In this document: positions 35,829 to 60,205 of the stretch, piece by piece
Position numbering within the stretch: position 1 is the stretch's first letter
How the letters are laid out: every line of letters begins with the position of its first letter
Source: the human T2T-CHM13v2.0 reference genome, Homo sapiens
Assembly (NCBI RefSeq): GCF_009914755.1
Contig: NC_060935.1
Direction: 5' to 3' (one strand)
Length of the DNA stretch: 64,000 nt
The notes under the pieces: model-generated
Told to the model about the DNA's origin: nothing
The model's database searches: none
What the model saw: only the letters and a program-made list of their open reading frames with translations
Translations under genes and position numbers: made by a program

Positions 35829-36557
35829 TGAAACTGTCTTTACAAAATTGTATCAGAGAGAAAATTATGTCAATGGGGGAGATCTGATCTAGTCAACCCC
35901 CGTCTTGCCTTTATTTTAGCCTTTGGGCTGCCTTTGATTATTCCTGGGCTGGCTTTGGGAGACATCTAGTTTAAAGTTTAAGTGAAAATAACCCTTCCCC
36001 CAAAACTCAACCACCTTTATAAAGCTGAGAGGTCACCAGGCTAGGAGGATAGAGGACCCTGAATTTTACTAAGGTGTAGACATAAATGACTGCCAGCCAT
36101 TATTCCAGAGGTCATGAGATTTGCAACCTCCCCAGTTGCTCCTGCAGATAACGTCACTATTGTAGAACCTAAGATTGGCCTTTTGAAATATCCTCTCAGG
36201 TTTCCTGCATGTCTGACACGTGTGACCCCATCAGGATCCACAGACCAATGGTGGCTCCATCTGGACCTACCCACTGCTCCTGTCCCACCCAGAAGCCACT
36301 TAGCATGCTGGAGGGTCATTCCTGACACGCCTATGATTGTACCCCTGAGCCAATCAGCAGCCACCCTCACCCCTTCTACCTTTGAAAAACCCTAGCCTCT
36401 GAATTCTTGGGAAGACTGATTTGGGTAATAATAAAACTCCAGTCCCCCATTCAGCCAGCTCTTCATGAATTAAATTCTTTCTCCACTGCAATTCCCTTGC
36501 CTTGGTAAATTGACTCTATCTGGGCAGTGGGCAATAAGAACTCATTAGGCAGCTGCA
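35829..36557 (+). mobile_element. LTR8 solo LTR (ERV1) inserted in an MLT1
   Basis: TG...CA ends; 4-bp TSD TTCT; tgaaactgtctttacaaaatt start. Confidence 0.88.
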
Positions 36558-36864
36558 TTCTAGGAAGAATCATTAAAGGGAGGGTTTATCACTAAGAGTG
36601 AGGATGGAGAAAGATGTAAATGATTGAAAGAGAGAAAAGCCATGAAAGTATTATCTAGGAGGGTAGAAGAGTGAACAAACTGGAGAAATGTGTTATGATT
36701 ATTAGGCAGCATTAGGAATTTCTCTTGGAAGTTAGTGGCCATGATGGAAGGACTATTTAACAGGCTATTTTATGCGAGTTGGTTGACATGGAGGAAAAAA
36801 CATTTTTTTTTCCTCTGCTTTCATGCCACAGCAATCAACAAAGAAGACTTCTGTGACCTCTGGT

Positions 36865-37440
36865 TGTTAGAGTAGTTAGCGAGGCAGACGTGAGCAGGTC
36901 AGGAGAGGCCCCCTAACCAACCCCCAGGAATGTCAGGCGACCATCACGTGATCGTCAGGCGGTTGTTAAACTGTCTCTCTAAAATGATAATTGGTCACAG
37001 CTGGCATCAGCGGACGACCGTCTCCCAAAAGATAGAAAACATCTTGAGCTGGTGATCAGCAGCTTCCACATAAGATCTCAGGAGTTGGGCAAGTGGGCTT
37101 GAGTATGTGCTCTAACCGGCAAAATATCAGATGTATGACCTTCCTTTGGGGGTGTTAGACTGGTAAAATAAAATCGCCCCTACAGAGCATGTGCACAACC
37201 TCAGTAAATGCACTATGCATGTGGTCACCCCCTTGAGTGCTGACTGACACCTCGCATGCAGCGGTTGAACAACAGCCCACCCCAAGGGAAAAATTAAGGG
37301 AGGAGAAAGTAAAGCCCCCAAACCATGCCAACGTATAAAACCCCAAGTCAAGGACCAAATGGGGTACTTGGATCTCTCAAGTTGCCCGCTTGTCCCTCTT
37401 CCAAGTGTACTTTGCTTCCTTTTGCTCCTTTTCTAAAACA
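36865..37440 (+). mobile_element. MER50-like ERV1 LTR, 3'-truncated at a poly-T tract
   Basis: tgttagagtagttagcgaggcagacgtgagcagg start; TATAAAA box; stops before its polyA signal and U5. Confidence 0.72.
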
Positions 37441-38097
37441 TTTTTTTTTTTAATTTGAGAGGTTTTATTAGATGGTGGGAGTTTGAAGCTTTTAATTTTT
37501 TCTAATTTTTTTTTACAATGAACACATACAGCTTCTGTAATCGTTAAAGTAGTCATTTTAAAATGAATGATGGATTTTTAGAAAATTTTTTCTTAAGCAC
37601 CTACAGTGAACTAGGTACTGTTTTTGATGTTTGTTCACATCGCTGCATGGAGCTTAATGTTCTAGCATGGATGGAGACGATAAATAATGCTCCCTACACA
37701 TAATAAACACATTATTAGGATATTAGAATCCACTGAGAACATGGAGAAAAGAAAAAGTAAAGTAGAGCAAGGGGGGTTGGGAGTGCTCAGTGGGGTGGGA
37801 GTGCAGATTGCAGAATGGGCTTCATTGAGGAAAAAGCAGGAAGTCAGGAGTTGGCCCTGGGCATGTTCCAGGTAGAGGAAGCAGTGGGTGCAAAGGCCCT
37901 AAGGAGGAAACACAGCTGGGGTGTTCCAGCCACAGCCAGGAGTCTGTGCTGGAGCAGTGATTGGGAAGGTCAGGTCCACAGGAAAACATGACACTTCTTG
38001 GTTTAGATGATTAAGAAAGGTTGCCTTGTTTTCTTCCTGTCTACCTGATTTGTTCTGTTTCTTCTGCAGTTAAAGGACACTTACTCCCCCCACCCCC

Positions 38098-38098
<1 letters not shown>

Positions 38099-38140
<42 letters not shown>
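38099..38140. repeat. (CA)n microsatellite
   Basis: About 21 CA units. Confidence 0.97.
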
Positions 38141-38145
<5 letters not shown>

Positions 38146-38166
38146 ACATACATTAGGCCTCTAGTA

Positions 38167-38460
38167 CCATATTAATTTGCTAGGGCTGCCATAACGAATT
38201 AGGCAAAGAGAAAGAGCTGAAAACAACAGAAATGTATTGTTTTACAGGTCTGTCGGCTAGAAGTACAAAATCAAGTTAGGGCCATGCTCCCTGTGAGACA
38301 CGTCAGCAGGAAACCTTGCTTGGCTCTTCCTAGCTTCTGGTGGTTGTTGGCAATCCTCAGCGTTCCTGGGCCGCAGCTGCATTCCTCCAATCTCTGCTTC
38401 CATCATCACCTGGCATTCTCACTGTGTGTCTGTGTCTTTACTTCGGTATCTTCCCTCTCC
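38167..38460 (-). mobile_element. MLT1B/C LTR half, truncated at a poly-T tract
   Basis: tattaatttgctagggctgccataac...ttcctagcttctggtggttgttggcaatcc. Confidence 0.8.
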
Positions 38461-38729
38461 TTTTTTTTTTTAAAGGCAAATGAAGAAAGTATTTATTTAT
38501 ACTAACACAGTATAAAGCAATTAATCCTCGCTGTTAGCCATAATTAAATTCCTCAAAACGAAGAATTTCAACTTGTGAGCTGGAGCAAATCTCCCTCTAT
38601 GGCTTCCTGGGGAGGGCAGGCATCTTCTCCGGCTCCTCTCTGCACTGCCACACTGGGCTGGTGCTACTCTGTTCCTATTGATTCCAAAGAGTTCCTCAAG
38701 GTGAGAGACTGGTGAATTGACTTTGCAAG

Positions 38730-44923
<6,194 letters not shown>

Positions 44924-45265
44924 TTTTCAAATGGCTTTGGAAAAAAGTATTTACATGTATATAAATGATTACATGTATATAAAATGTACATATATGTGAC
45001 ATATATACATGTATATATAATGCATGCTTACACATAGAGACAGAGAGAAAGCAAAAAAGTAAATATGGCAAAATATTAACAATTAGTGTATAATATACAT
45101 CCATATGTATATGTATATGTATATGTAAAAAGAAATTTCTTTTTCCTGGGATTGTGAGTCATGTACAAAATGATGAAAAAAAAGGAAGAGACTTATTTTT
45201 ACCAGTGTTATACTCTGATAGTTGAATAGTACCTGTCCTGGTTCCCAAGTAGTTTCTAAGCCTGA

Positions 45266-45990
45266 TGTAACTGCCCAGTGGGTTCTTCTGGCCCACTGCC
45301 CAGATAGAGCCAATTTATCAAGGCAGGGGAATTGCAATAAAGAAAGAGTTTTACACACATAGAGCTACTAAACAGAAGACTGGAGTTTCATTATTATTCA
45401 AATCAGCCTCCCTGAAAATTCGGAGGTTAGGGTTTTTCAAAGATAGTTTGGGAGAAGCAGGGGACAGGGGGATGGCCAGGCAATGGGTGCTTATTACTGA
45501 TTGGTTAGAGGTACAATCACAGGGGTGTGCGAAATGGTCCTCACGTGTACTGAGTTGCTACTGGGTGGGGTCACAGGTTGGCATGTCCAGATGGAGCCAT
45601 CTGCTCTCAGACATACACAAAACCTGAAAAGATATCTCAAAGGCCAATCTTAGGTTCTACAATAGTGATGTTATCTGCAGGAGTAATTGGGAATGGGGAA
45701 GTTGCATATCTTGTGACCTCTGGAATAATGGCTGGCAACTGTTGATGACTACACCTTAGCAGAATTCAGGGTCCTCTATCCTCTCAGCGTGGTGACCTCT
45801 CATTAGCTTTACAAAGGCACTTGAGTTATGGAAAAAGGCTATTATCACTTAAACTAAACTCAATGTCTCCCAAAGTTAGCTTGACCCAAGCCCAGGAATA
45901 ATTAAGGGCAGCTTGAAGACCAAAGGCAAGAGGAGGGGTGGCCACATCAGATCTCCATCACTGCCATAATTTTCACACTGTTATAATTTT
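45266..45990 (-). mobile_element. LTR8 solo LTR lacking ~15 bp of its 5' end
   Basis: Reverse-complement homology to 35829-36557; ends at ttataatttt. Confidence 0.85.
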
Positions 45991-46129
45991 CCATTCTTCC
46001 TTTTCGAGAGCTCCAAGTTTCTTCCAATATATTAACCCTTTTTTCTTTTTAAAATTTTTATTTGGAAATTATTTCTAAGTCATATATATGAATAGTTCAA
46101 AGAATTCCCACATTCTTTACTCAGATTCG

Positions 46130-46318
46130 CTAATTATTACTATTTTGCCATGTTTACTTTATTGCTTTCTCTTTGTCTCTTTATATATGTGTGTGCATGC
46201 ATTACATATGGATGTATATTATACACTAATTGTTAATATTTTGCCATATTTACTTTTTTGCTTTCTCTCTGTCTCTATGTGTAAGCATGCATTATATATA
46301 CATGTATATATGTCACAT
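46130..46318 (+). repeat. Diverged ~95-bp tandem duplication within an old L1M 3'-end fragment
   Basis: ctaattattactattttgccatgtttac... / ctaattgttaatattttgccatatttac... Confidence 0.8.
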
Positions 46319-46718
46319 ATATGTACATTTTATATACATGTAATCATTTATATACATGTAAATATTTTTTTCCAAAGCCATTTGAGAGTTTCAGACATCA
46401 TGCTCTTTAGCCTCCATATCCTACATTGTGTGTTTCCTAAAAGCAAGGATATTCTCTTATATAAATGCCATATAATGATCAAATTCAGAAAATATAAGAT
46501 TAGCTAACACTATTTCATAAGATATAGTCCATTTTTCAGATTACGCTAATTGTTCCAATAATGTCCTTTATATAAATTTCCCTCTCTGACCCAGGATCTA
46601 ATCCCAGATTACACATTGCATTTTGTTGTTATGTCTTCTTTCCCCACTCAAGTTAGCCAGAGTTTATTTCTATTGCTCATAACCAAAGAATCTTAAAAAT
46701 ACAATTTCCTTTTGTTTA

Positions 46719-47522
46719 TGATACGGGAGTGCTGGGAAGGGAACAGTGTGGTCACTTTAAATGATACAGACGCAGGGAAGGGAAGTGCTGAGTAGAGGAG
46801 GGCATGGTCCCTGGCTAGGGCTCCACCCCCACGGACCTAGGTGAGGACAGGCACTCCTGCTTTCGCTCCCAAATGTTGCATTTTCCAAGACCACCCTGTC
46901 CCGTCATGCCCTCATCCTGGGCCTATAAAAACCAGAGACCCTAGCGGGCACACAGGCAGCCAGATATTGAGAGGAACACTTTGGCGGAAGAAGACACGAG
47001 TGGCTGGTCGAGAGCACGCTGGAGGAAGAGCCCACCGACAGACGTCAGCATGCTGGCACACCATCAACAGGTGGGATAAGGCAGAGTTTGGCTGGGACCA
47101 CCGAGCAGCCCAAATCCAGGGAAAACCATCTCCCTTCTGGCTCCCCCATTGGCAGAGAGTTACTTCCACTCAGTAAAACTTTGCAGGCATTCTCCAAGCC
47201 CACGTGTGATCCGATTCTTCCGGTACACCAAGGCAGGAACTCGGCATACAGAAAGCGCTCTGTCCTTGCGGCAAGGTGGAGGGTCTAATTGAGCTGGTGA
47301 ACACAAGCTGCCTATAGACGGCAAACTAAGAGAGAACCCTGTAACACCATGTCCACTGGGACAAGCTGTAAACATCCACCCCTAGACACTGCTGTGGAAT
47401 CGGAGACCCACAGCCTGCCCATGTGTATGCTCCTCTAGAGGTTAAGCAGCGGGGCACTGAAGAAGTGAGACACACCCCATCGCATGCCCTGGGAGGGGGA
47501 CAAGGGAACCTTTCACGTTTCA
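46719..47522 (+). mobile_element. LTR1-family solo LTR (ERV1)
   Basis: tgatacgggagtgctgggaagggaa start; TATAAAA; ends ..gtttca; flanks ttta/ctta. Confidence 0.8.
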
Positions 47523-47574
47523 CTTATAACCATTCATTTATAACCTTTATGATATAGTAAATCATATCATTTAA

Positions 47575-47907
<333 letters not shown>

Positions 47908-49344
47908 TAATCAAGTCTTCTAGGTAGTTATTTAAATCCCTGTTTTAAAAATCAGTACTATGAGGCTCAGAGAAGTTAAAAAACTTGCCCATCATGACAC
48001 AGTTAAATTCTAGGGTCAGGATTTTAATCCAAGTCTTTTTTATTCTGAATTCCCTCTTTATTCCATTGCAGGCCTGGCAGATATTCGTAAACCACAATCC
48101 TTGCATCAGGAATCCTACAGGCTAGTGTGAAGTGAGACAGATAAACAGATAATGTTATTTGTTTGGCAGTAACACCTAACCACAACGGTATGTACAAGGT
48201 ATAGTGGAACACAGTCAATGAACTGATTTCAAGAATGATGAGAAATACGGGCAGGGCTTCAACAGGAATAGAAGGAAATAATATCTGTTTTATTCCTTGA
48301 TGCAAACTGGGTGTTTATAGATTGTATGTCTACTGTCCAAAGCATGATTAAAATCAATGCTAATCCACTAACCTCCAACGTATGCTCAGGAAGTTCCTCG
48401 TTTAGCTGGCTAACATTGTTAACTTTGACATCTACTAATGCAACATTACCTCCTGAATGTTAGGGACTCAAAGAGTTCCTATACCATTTCAATTCTTAGG
48501 TGGCTATTTTGATTAATGTTGACATTATCTAGTTCTGACATTTAGCTGAAACATATTGCTAAGATCCTAATCTGTAAACTTGCTTAAAATATGTCCTGTT
48601 TAGTTTGATAGTTTTAAAATATTGACATTATAAAAGGAGTTCTGAAGGTAAAGGGTCTGATCCCTTCAAGAAATCTAGAGTCCTTTCCTTTCTCTTTGTG
48701 TAAAAAATCAAATGAAAAGTATTAGGAGTAGGGAAAACCGGAGTTACAAAATGAGAGCAAATAGCATCTCCCATTTTGTGGCTTTAGATCCAAACCTGGT
48801 GACAAAGAGAACATACGTAAAGGTCAGGAGCTTAGATGGCATCCAGGGAGCTGAAGCTTGGAACGGTTATGAGTAGTCTCAGAGTAATAGGAAGGTGTTA
48901 GTCCATCAATGGGCCCCTGTGCTCTGTCAGAAGTCTTAGAATTTTCTGGGGACCCTTAAAGGGACCTGAGCAGTCTAGGAAGAAGAGGAAGATCTGGATA
49001 AGTATTCATTGATAATTATCTGTTACTGATAAGAATATTTCATTTGTATTTAGTAGACAGGTCTTCTTTTAGTACTTAGCTCTCATGGTAAGTTATTCAT
49101 AAGTAACATGCCTGGCAACAGTTGGTGCTCAAGTAACATTGAATTGGATTAAGCTAAAAGTGGCTGATAAGGCTATCCACACAGATTTATCTTAGTGTGG
49201 CAGGGGCCAGGCACTCAACCACCAAAGGCAAGGTGGGAGTGGTCACCACAATAAACAGCAGAATCAAAGCAACCAGCTGAATAGTCTGACTCCTGCAGAA
49301 CTACAGCATTGCTAGTTGATCATGGTGTTCCTGGAAGTGAAATA

Positions 49345-49422
49345 TTTGGTTAGTACAAGGGTAATTTCAATTACAATAGAAAGTAATGGCAAAAAACTGG
49401 AATTACATTTGCACCAACTTAA
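49345..49422. mobile_element. MADE1 mariner MITE
   Basis: ~80 bp, TA TSD, ..aattacatttgcaccaacttaa; absent at homologous site of second ERV-L. Confidence 0.85.
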
Positions 49423-50466
49423 TAGATAGGAAGCCTACCGAATTTTTACTTGATCTATATAAGTTGAAAAGTTCCAGGTCAAGTGAAAAAAAAGTCTAAT
49501 CTGAATCCTAAAAACAGAGAATTATGGCCCTTAAACAATTCCCAGACTTGAGCCTGTTTATAGACCTAGAATGAAAGGAAGACCAGGTCCCCTGGAGGAA
49601 AGACCCCATATACTACTGAATATTTATACTGTTAATCTTTCCCCTGGCCTTCCCCAAAGGGACCTACAGCCTTTTATGGAGTAACTCCGCATTGGGGAAG
49701 GGAAATAATCAGACCTTTCAGGGACTACTAGACACTGGTTCTGAACTGACACTAATTCCGGGAGACCCAAAATATCACTGTGATTCACAGTCAATGTGTG
49801 GAAGTCAGGTGATTAATGGAATTTTAGCCTAGGTCTATCTTACAGTGGTCCTGTACCTTCACAGTGTGAAAATACATAGTGGACCAGTGGGTCCGTGAAC
49901 CCGTCTTGTGGTTATTTCCCCAATTCTAGAAGGCATAATTGGAATAGACATATCTAGTAGCTGACAGAAGCCCCCACATTAGTTCCCTAACCTGTGGAGT
50001 GAGGGCTATCATGGTGGGACAGACCAAATGAAAGCTGTTAGGGCTGCTTCTACCTAGGAAAATAGTAAACCAAAAGCAATACTGCATTCCTGGAGGAATG
50101 GCAGAGATTAGCGCCACCATCAAAGACTTGCAAGATACGGGGGTGATGATTCCCACCACATTCTCATTCAACTCTCCTATTTGGCCTGTGCAGAAGACAG
50201 ATGGATCTTGGAAAATGATAGTGGATTATTGTAAGTTTAACCAGGTGATGATTCCAATTGTAGTAGCTTTACCAGATGTGGTTTCATTTTTTACACAAAT
50301 TAACACATCCCCTAGTACCTGGCAGACAGCTAATGAATTTGGCAGCTGCTTTTTCTCCATTTCTGTTAATAAAGATTTCTAGAAGCAGTTTTCTTTCAGC
50401 TGGCAAGGCCAGTAATACACCTTCACTCTCCTACCTTAGGAGTGCATGAACTCTCCAACTCTGTGA

Positions 50467-50845
<379 letters not shown>

Positions 50846-51765
50846 TGACACTATGCTAATTAGTCTTAGTAAGCAAGAAGTAGCAACTACTCTAGACTTG
50901 TTCGTAAGACATTTGTGTGTCAGAGAGTGGGAAATAAATTTGACAAAAATTCAAGAGCCTTGGTGAAATTTCTAGGGGATCAATGGTATGGGACAGGTCA
51001 TATCACTCTAAGGTGAATAATAAGTGTTGCATCTGGCCCCTTCAACAACCGAAAAAGACATACAATGCCTAGTGGGCCTCTTTGTATTTTGGAAGTGATA
51101 TATTCCTTATTTGGGTGTCTGGCTCACTTACCCAGTGACCCAAAAAGCTGCTAATTCTGAGCAGGGCCCAGAACAAGAGAAGGCTCTTCAACAGGTCCAG
51201 GCTGCTGTGTAAGCTATGCGATTTGAGCCATATGACCAACCAGATACAATGGTGCTTGAAGTGTCAGTGGCAGAGAGGGAGGCTGTTTGGAACCTTTGGC
51301 AGGCCCCTATAGGTGAATTGCAGTGGAGGACCTTCAGATTTTGGAACAAAGCCATGCTATCCTCTTTGAATAACCTCCTCCTCCTCCTCCTCCTCCTCGT
51401 CCTTCTCCTTCTTCTCCTTCTTCTGATGGAGTCCTGCTCTGTCTTTAGGCTGGAGTGCAGTGGTGTGATCTCAGCTCACTGCAGCCTCTGACTCCCTGGT
51501 TCAAGCGACTCTCCTGCCTCAGCCTCCGGAGTAGCTGAGATAACAGGCACGCACCACCATGCCCAGATAATTTTTGTATTTTTAGTAGAGACAGGGTTTC
51601 TCCATGTTGGCCAGGATGGTCTCTATCTCCCGACCTCGTGATCCGCCTGCCTCCGCCTCCCAAAGTGCTAGGATTACAAGCATGAAACTATTCTTCTTTT
51701 GAGTAACAGCTCTTGGCCTGATACTGGGCCTTAGAGGCTGGACACTTAACTGTAGGCCACCATAG

Positions 51766-52143
<378 letters not shown>

Positions 52144-52327
52144 TAGTAGAGATGGGGTTTCACCGTGTTAGCCAGGATGGTCTCAATCTCCTAACCTAGT
52201 GATCTGCCCGCCTCGGCCTCCCAAAGTGCTGGGATTACAGGTGTGAGCCACTGCGCCCGGTCACAGATAAGTTATTAATACGTGAAGTAGTAGCCCAAAT
52301 AAATGTTCATGGTCCCCATTCCTGCTA

Positions 52328-52408
52328 TTAGGTTGGTGCAAAAGTAATTGTGGTTTTAACCATTACTCTTAACAGCAAAAACAGCAGTTACTTTTGCATC
52401 AACCTAAA
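52328..52408. mobile_element. MADE1 mariner MITE
   Basis: ttaggttggtgcaaaagtaattg...cagttacttttgcatcaacctaa, TA flanks. Confidence 0.92.
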
Positions 52409-54500
52409 TATATCATCCTCTCTTTCCTAGCCCACACCCATGAGGCCATAGGGAGTTCCCTCCAATCATTTGACAGAAGAAAATAAAACTTTTAGGCCTG
52501 GTTTACAGATAGTTCTTTAAGATGGCCTGGAATCATATGAAAGTACACAGCTGCAGCACTGCGGTACCTTTTCTGGGACATTCCTTAAGACAGTGGTGAA
52601 GGAAAATCCTTCCAGTGGGCAGAACTCTGAGCAGTGTGCCTGGATGTTCATTTTGCTTGGGAGGAGAAATGGCCAGATATGATTATATACTAATTCATGG
52701 GCTGTAGACAACAGTTTGGCTGGATGATCTGGGACTTGGAACGGACGTGATTAGAAAACTTTTGACAAGGAAATTTGAGGAAAAGGTATGTGAATGGACC
52801 CTCCATAATAGGCAAAAGTCATGAAGACAGTTGTGTCCCATGTGAATGCTCACCAAAGGGTGACCTCAGCAGAGGAAATTTTAATAATCACGTAGATAGA
52901 ATAACTTGTTCTGTGGACACCAGTCAGCCTCTTTCCAGCAACCCCCTATCACCTAGTGTGCTCATGAACAAAAGTAACCATGTTGGCATGGCAGGGATGG
53001 AGGTTATGCACGGGCTCAGCAATATGGACTTCTACTCACCAAGGCTGACCTGGCTATGGCCACTGCTGAGTGACCCATTTGTTAGCAGCAGAGGCCAACA
53101 CTGAACCCCAGATATGGCACAATTCCCTAGGGCAACAAGCCAGCTACCTGGTGGGTAGTTGGTTACATTGGGCCATTTCCATCATGGAAGGGGCAGTGTT
53201 TGTTCTTACTGGAATAGACACTTACTCTGGGTATGTATTTGTCTTTCATGCAAAACGTGCTTCTGTCAAAACTACTATTGTGGACTTACAGAGTACCTTA
53301 TCCACTGTCATGGTATTCCATACAGCACTGTTTTATCAAATAATTTACTTTATAGCAAATGAAGTGCAGCAATGGGCCCATGAGCATGGAATTCACTGTT
53401 CTTACCATGTTCCCCACCATCCTGAAGCAGCTGGCTGAGTAGAACATTGGAATGGTCTTTTGAAGTCTCAATTACAGGGCCAGGTAGGTGTCAATACTTT
53501 GCAAGGGCAGGGCAAGGTCCTCCAGAAGGCCATATATGCTCTGAATTAGTGCCCAATATATGGTGCTATTTCTCCCAAAGCCAGGATTAATAGGTCTGGA
53601 AATTAAGGGGTAGAAATAAGAGTGGCACCACAATTACCCCTCATAACCCACTAGCAAAATTGTTGCTTCCTCTTCCTATGACTTTATGCTTGCCTGGCCT
53701 AGAAGACTTAGTCCCAAAGGGAGGAATGCTTCCACAAAGAGACACAGAATGATTCCATTGAACTGGAAGTTAAGACTGTTGCCCACCCATCTTGGGCTCC
53801 TTGTGCCTCTGAATCAACAGGCAAAGAAGAGAGTTACTGTGTTGGCTGAGTGTTAATCCTGACTACCAAGGGGGAAACTGGACTACTATTTCACCATGGA
53901 GATAAGAAACAGTATGTTTGGAATACAGGATATCCCTTTAGGACATGTCTTAATGTTACCATGCCCTGTGATTTAAGTCAGTTTCAAACTACAATGTACC
54001 AATCCAGGCAGGACTACTAATGGCCAGACCCCTTAGGAATGAAGGTCTGGGTCACCCCACCTGTCAAAAAACTGACTAGTTGAGGTGCTTGAAGGCAAAG
54101 GGAATAAGGAATGTGTACTGGAAAAAGGTAGTTATATATACCAGCTATGACCACATGACTAGTTACAGAAATGAAGACCTTAGTTGTCACGAGTATTTCT
54201 TCCTTATTTTGGTATGGAGGAAGTGTGTGTGTAGGCAAATATCTTTTTTTCTTCCCTATATCATCCCCTTATCATGTAACTAAGATGCATGACTTTATAT
54301 CATAGTCTTTAAGTATTGTTAACTTTACGTAACAGTATTTAAGTTTTGAGATAGCAAGAAGATTAAACATCACTCAAGGAAAGGGGGTTAGTGTGTTTTG
54401 GTTATACACAGTATCATGTTAGGTGGAATTATGTTCTTGCTATTGACTTCGTTTGGAGATTAAGTATGCATAGGAGTGCCAAGTTGGCAAGGGTTGGACT

Positions 54501-54950
54501 TGTGATGGTTAATTTTGTGTGTCAACCTGACTGACCCTCAGGGTACCTAGATATTTAGTCAAACATTATTCTGAGTGTTCCCGTAATGGTGTTTTTGAAT
54601 GAGATTAACATTTAATTTACCTTGGTAGATTGAGTAAGCAGATTGCCCTTCCTGACATGGGTGGGCCTCATCCAATCAATTGAAGTCCTAAGTAGAACCA
54701 AATGGCTGACATTCCTCATGTAAGAGAGAATTCCTCCTGCTGGCCTGTCTGCCTTTGAACTGGGACGTGGACTTTTCCCTGCCTTCACATTCAAACTCAA
54801 AGATAGGCATTTCCTGGTTCCCAAACCTGCCAGTCTTTGGACTGGAACTACGTCATCAGTTCTGGGTCTCAGTCCTTTGGACTCAAACCAGAACAACATA
54901 ATTGGCTCTCTTGAGTCTCTAACTTCCCGACTCACCCTGCAGGTCTTGGA
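54501..54950 (+). mobile_element. MLT2 (B/C/D-type) 3' LTR, truncated against a partial Alu (54951-55170)
   Basis: tgtgatggttaattttgtgtgtcaac immediately after the PPT. Confidence 0.85.
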
Positions 54951-54955
54951 AATTA

Positions 54956-55126
<171 letters not shown>

Positions 55127-55179
55127 TTAAACCTGGGTGACCAAGTGAAACAGTGAGACCCTGTCTCAATTTTTTTTCT

Positions 55180-57370
<2,191 letters not shown>

Positions 57371-57439
57371 TGCTTAAGCATTCCTACCACATTAACAACT
57401 TCAGTGAGATAATTTTCATGTGACTCAAAATTGAGAAGA

Positions 57440-59761
<2,322 letters not shown>

Positions 59762-60205
59762 TGCGATGTTTAATACTGAGTTTCAACTTGATTGGATTGA
59801 AGGATACAAAGTATTGATCCAGAATGTGTGTGTGAGGGTGTTGCCAAAGGATATTAACATTTGAGTCAGTGGGCTGGGAAAGGCAGACCCACCCTTAATC
59901 TGGGTGGGCACCATCTAATCAGCTGCCAGTGAGACTAGAATATAAGCAGGCAGAAAAATGGGAAAGGAGAGACTGGCCTAGCCTCCCAGCCTATGTCCTT
60001 CTCTTGTGCTGCACGCTTCCTGCCCTCAAACATTGGACTCCCAGTTCTTTAGATTTGGAACTTGGACTAGCTCTCCTTGCTCTTCAGCCTGCAGACAGCC
60101 TATTGTGGGACCTTGTGATCATGTGAGTTAATACTTAATAAAATCCCCTTTATATATATATCGATTCCATTAGTTGTGTCCCTCTAGAGAACCCTGACTA
60201 AGACA
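59762..60205 (+). mobile_element. MLT2A1 5' LTR of HERV-L
   Basis: 444 bp, TG..CA; aatactgagtttcaacttgattggattgaagga; AATAAA; followed by PBS region gattttggtacc. Confidence 0.92.

Larger units (their letters stand above)
44927..46385. repeat. 183-bp inverted repeat (44927-45109 / 46203-46385)
   Basis: Manual alignment gives one mismatch; ORF track shows the same peptide on opposite strands. Confidence 0.96.
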
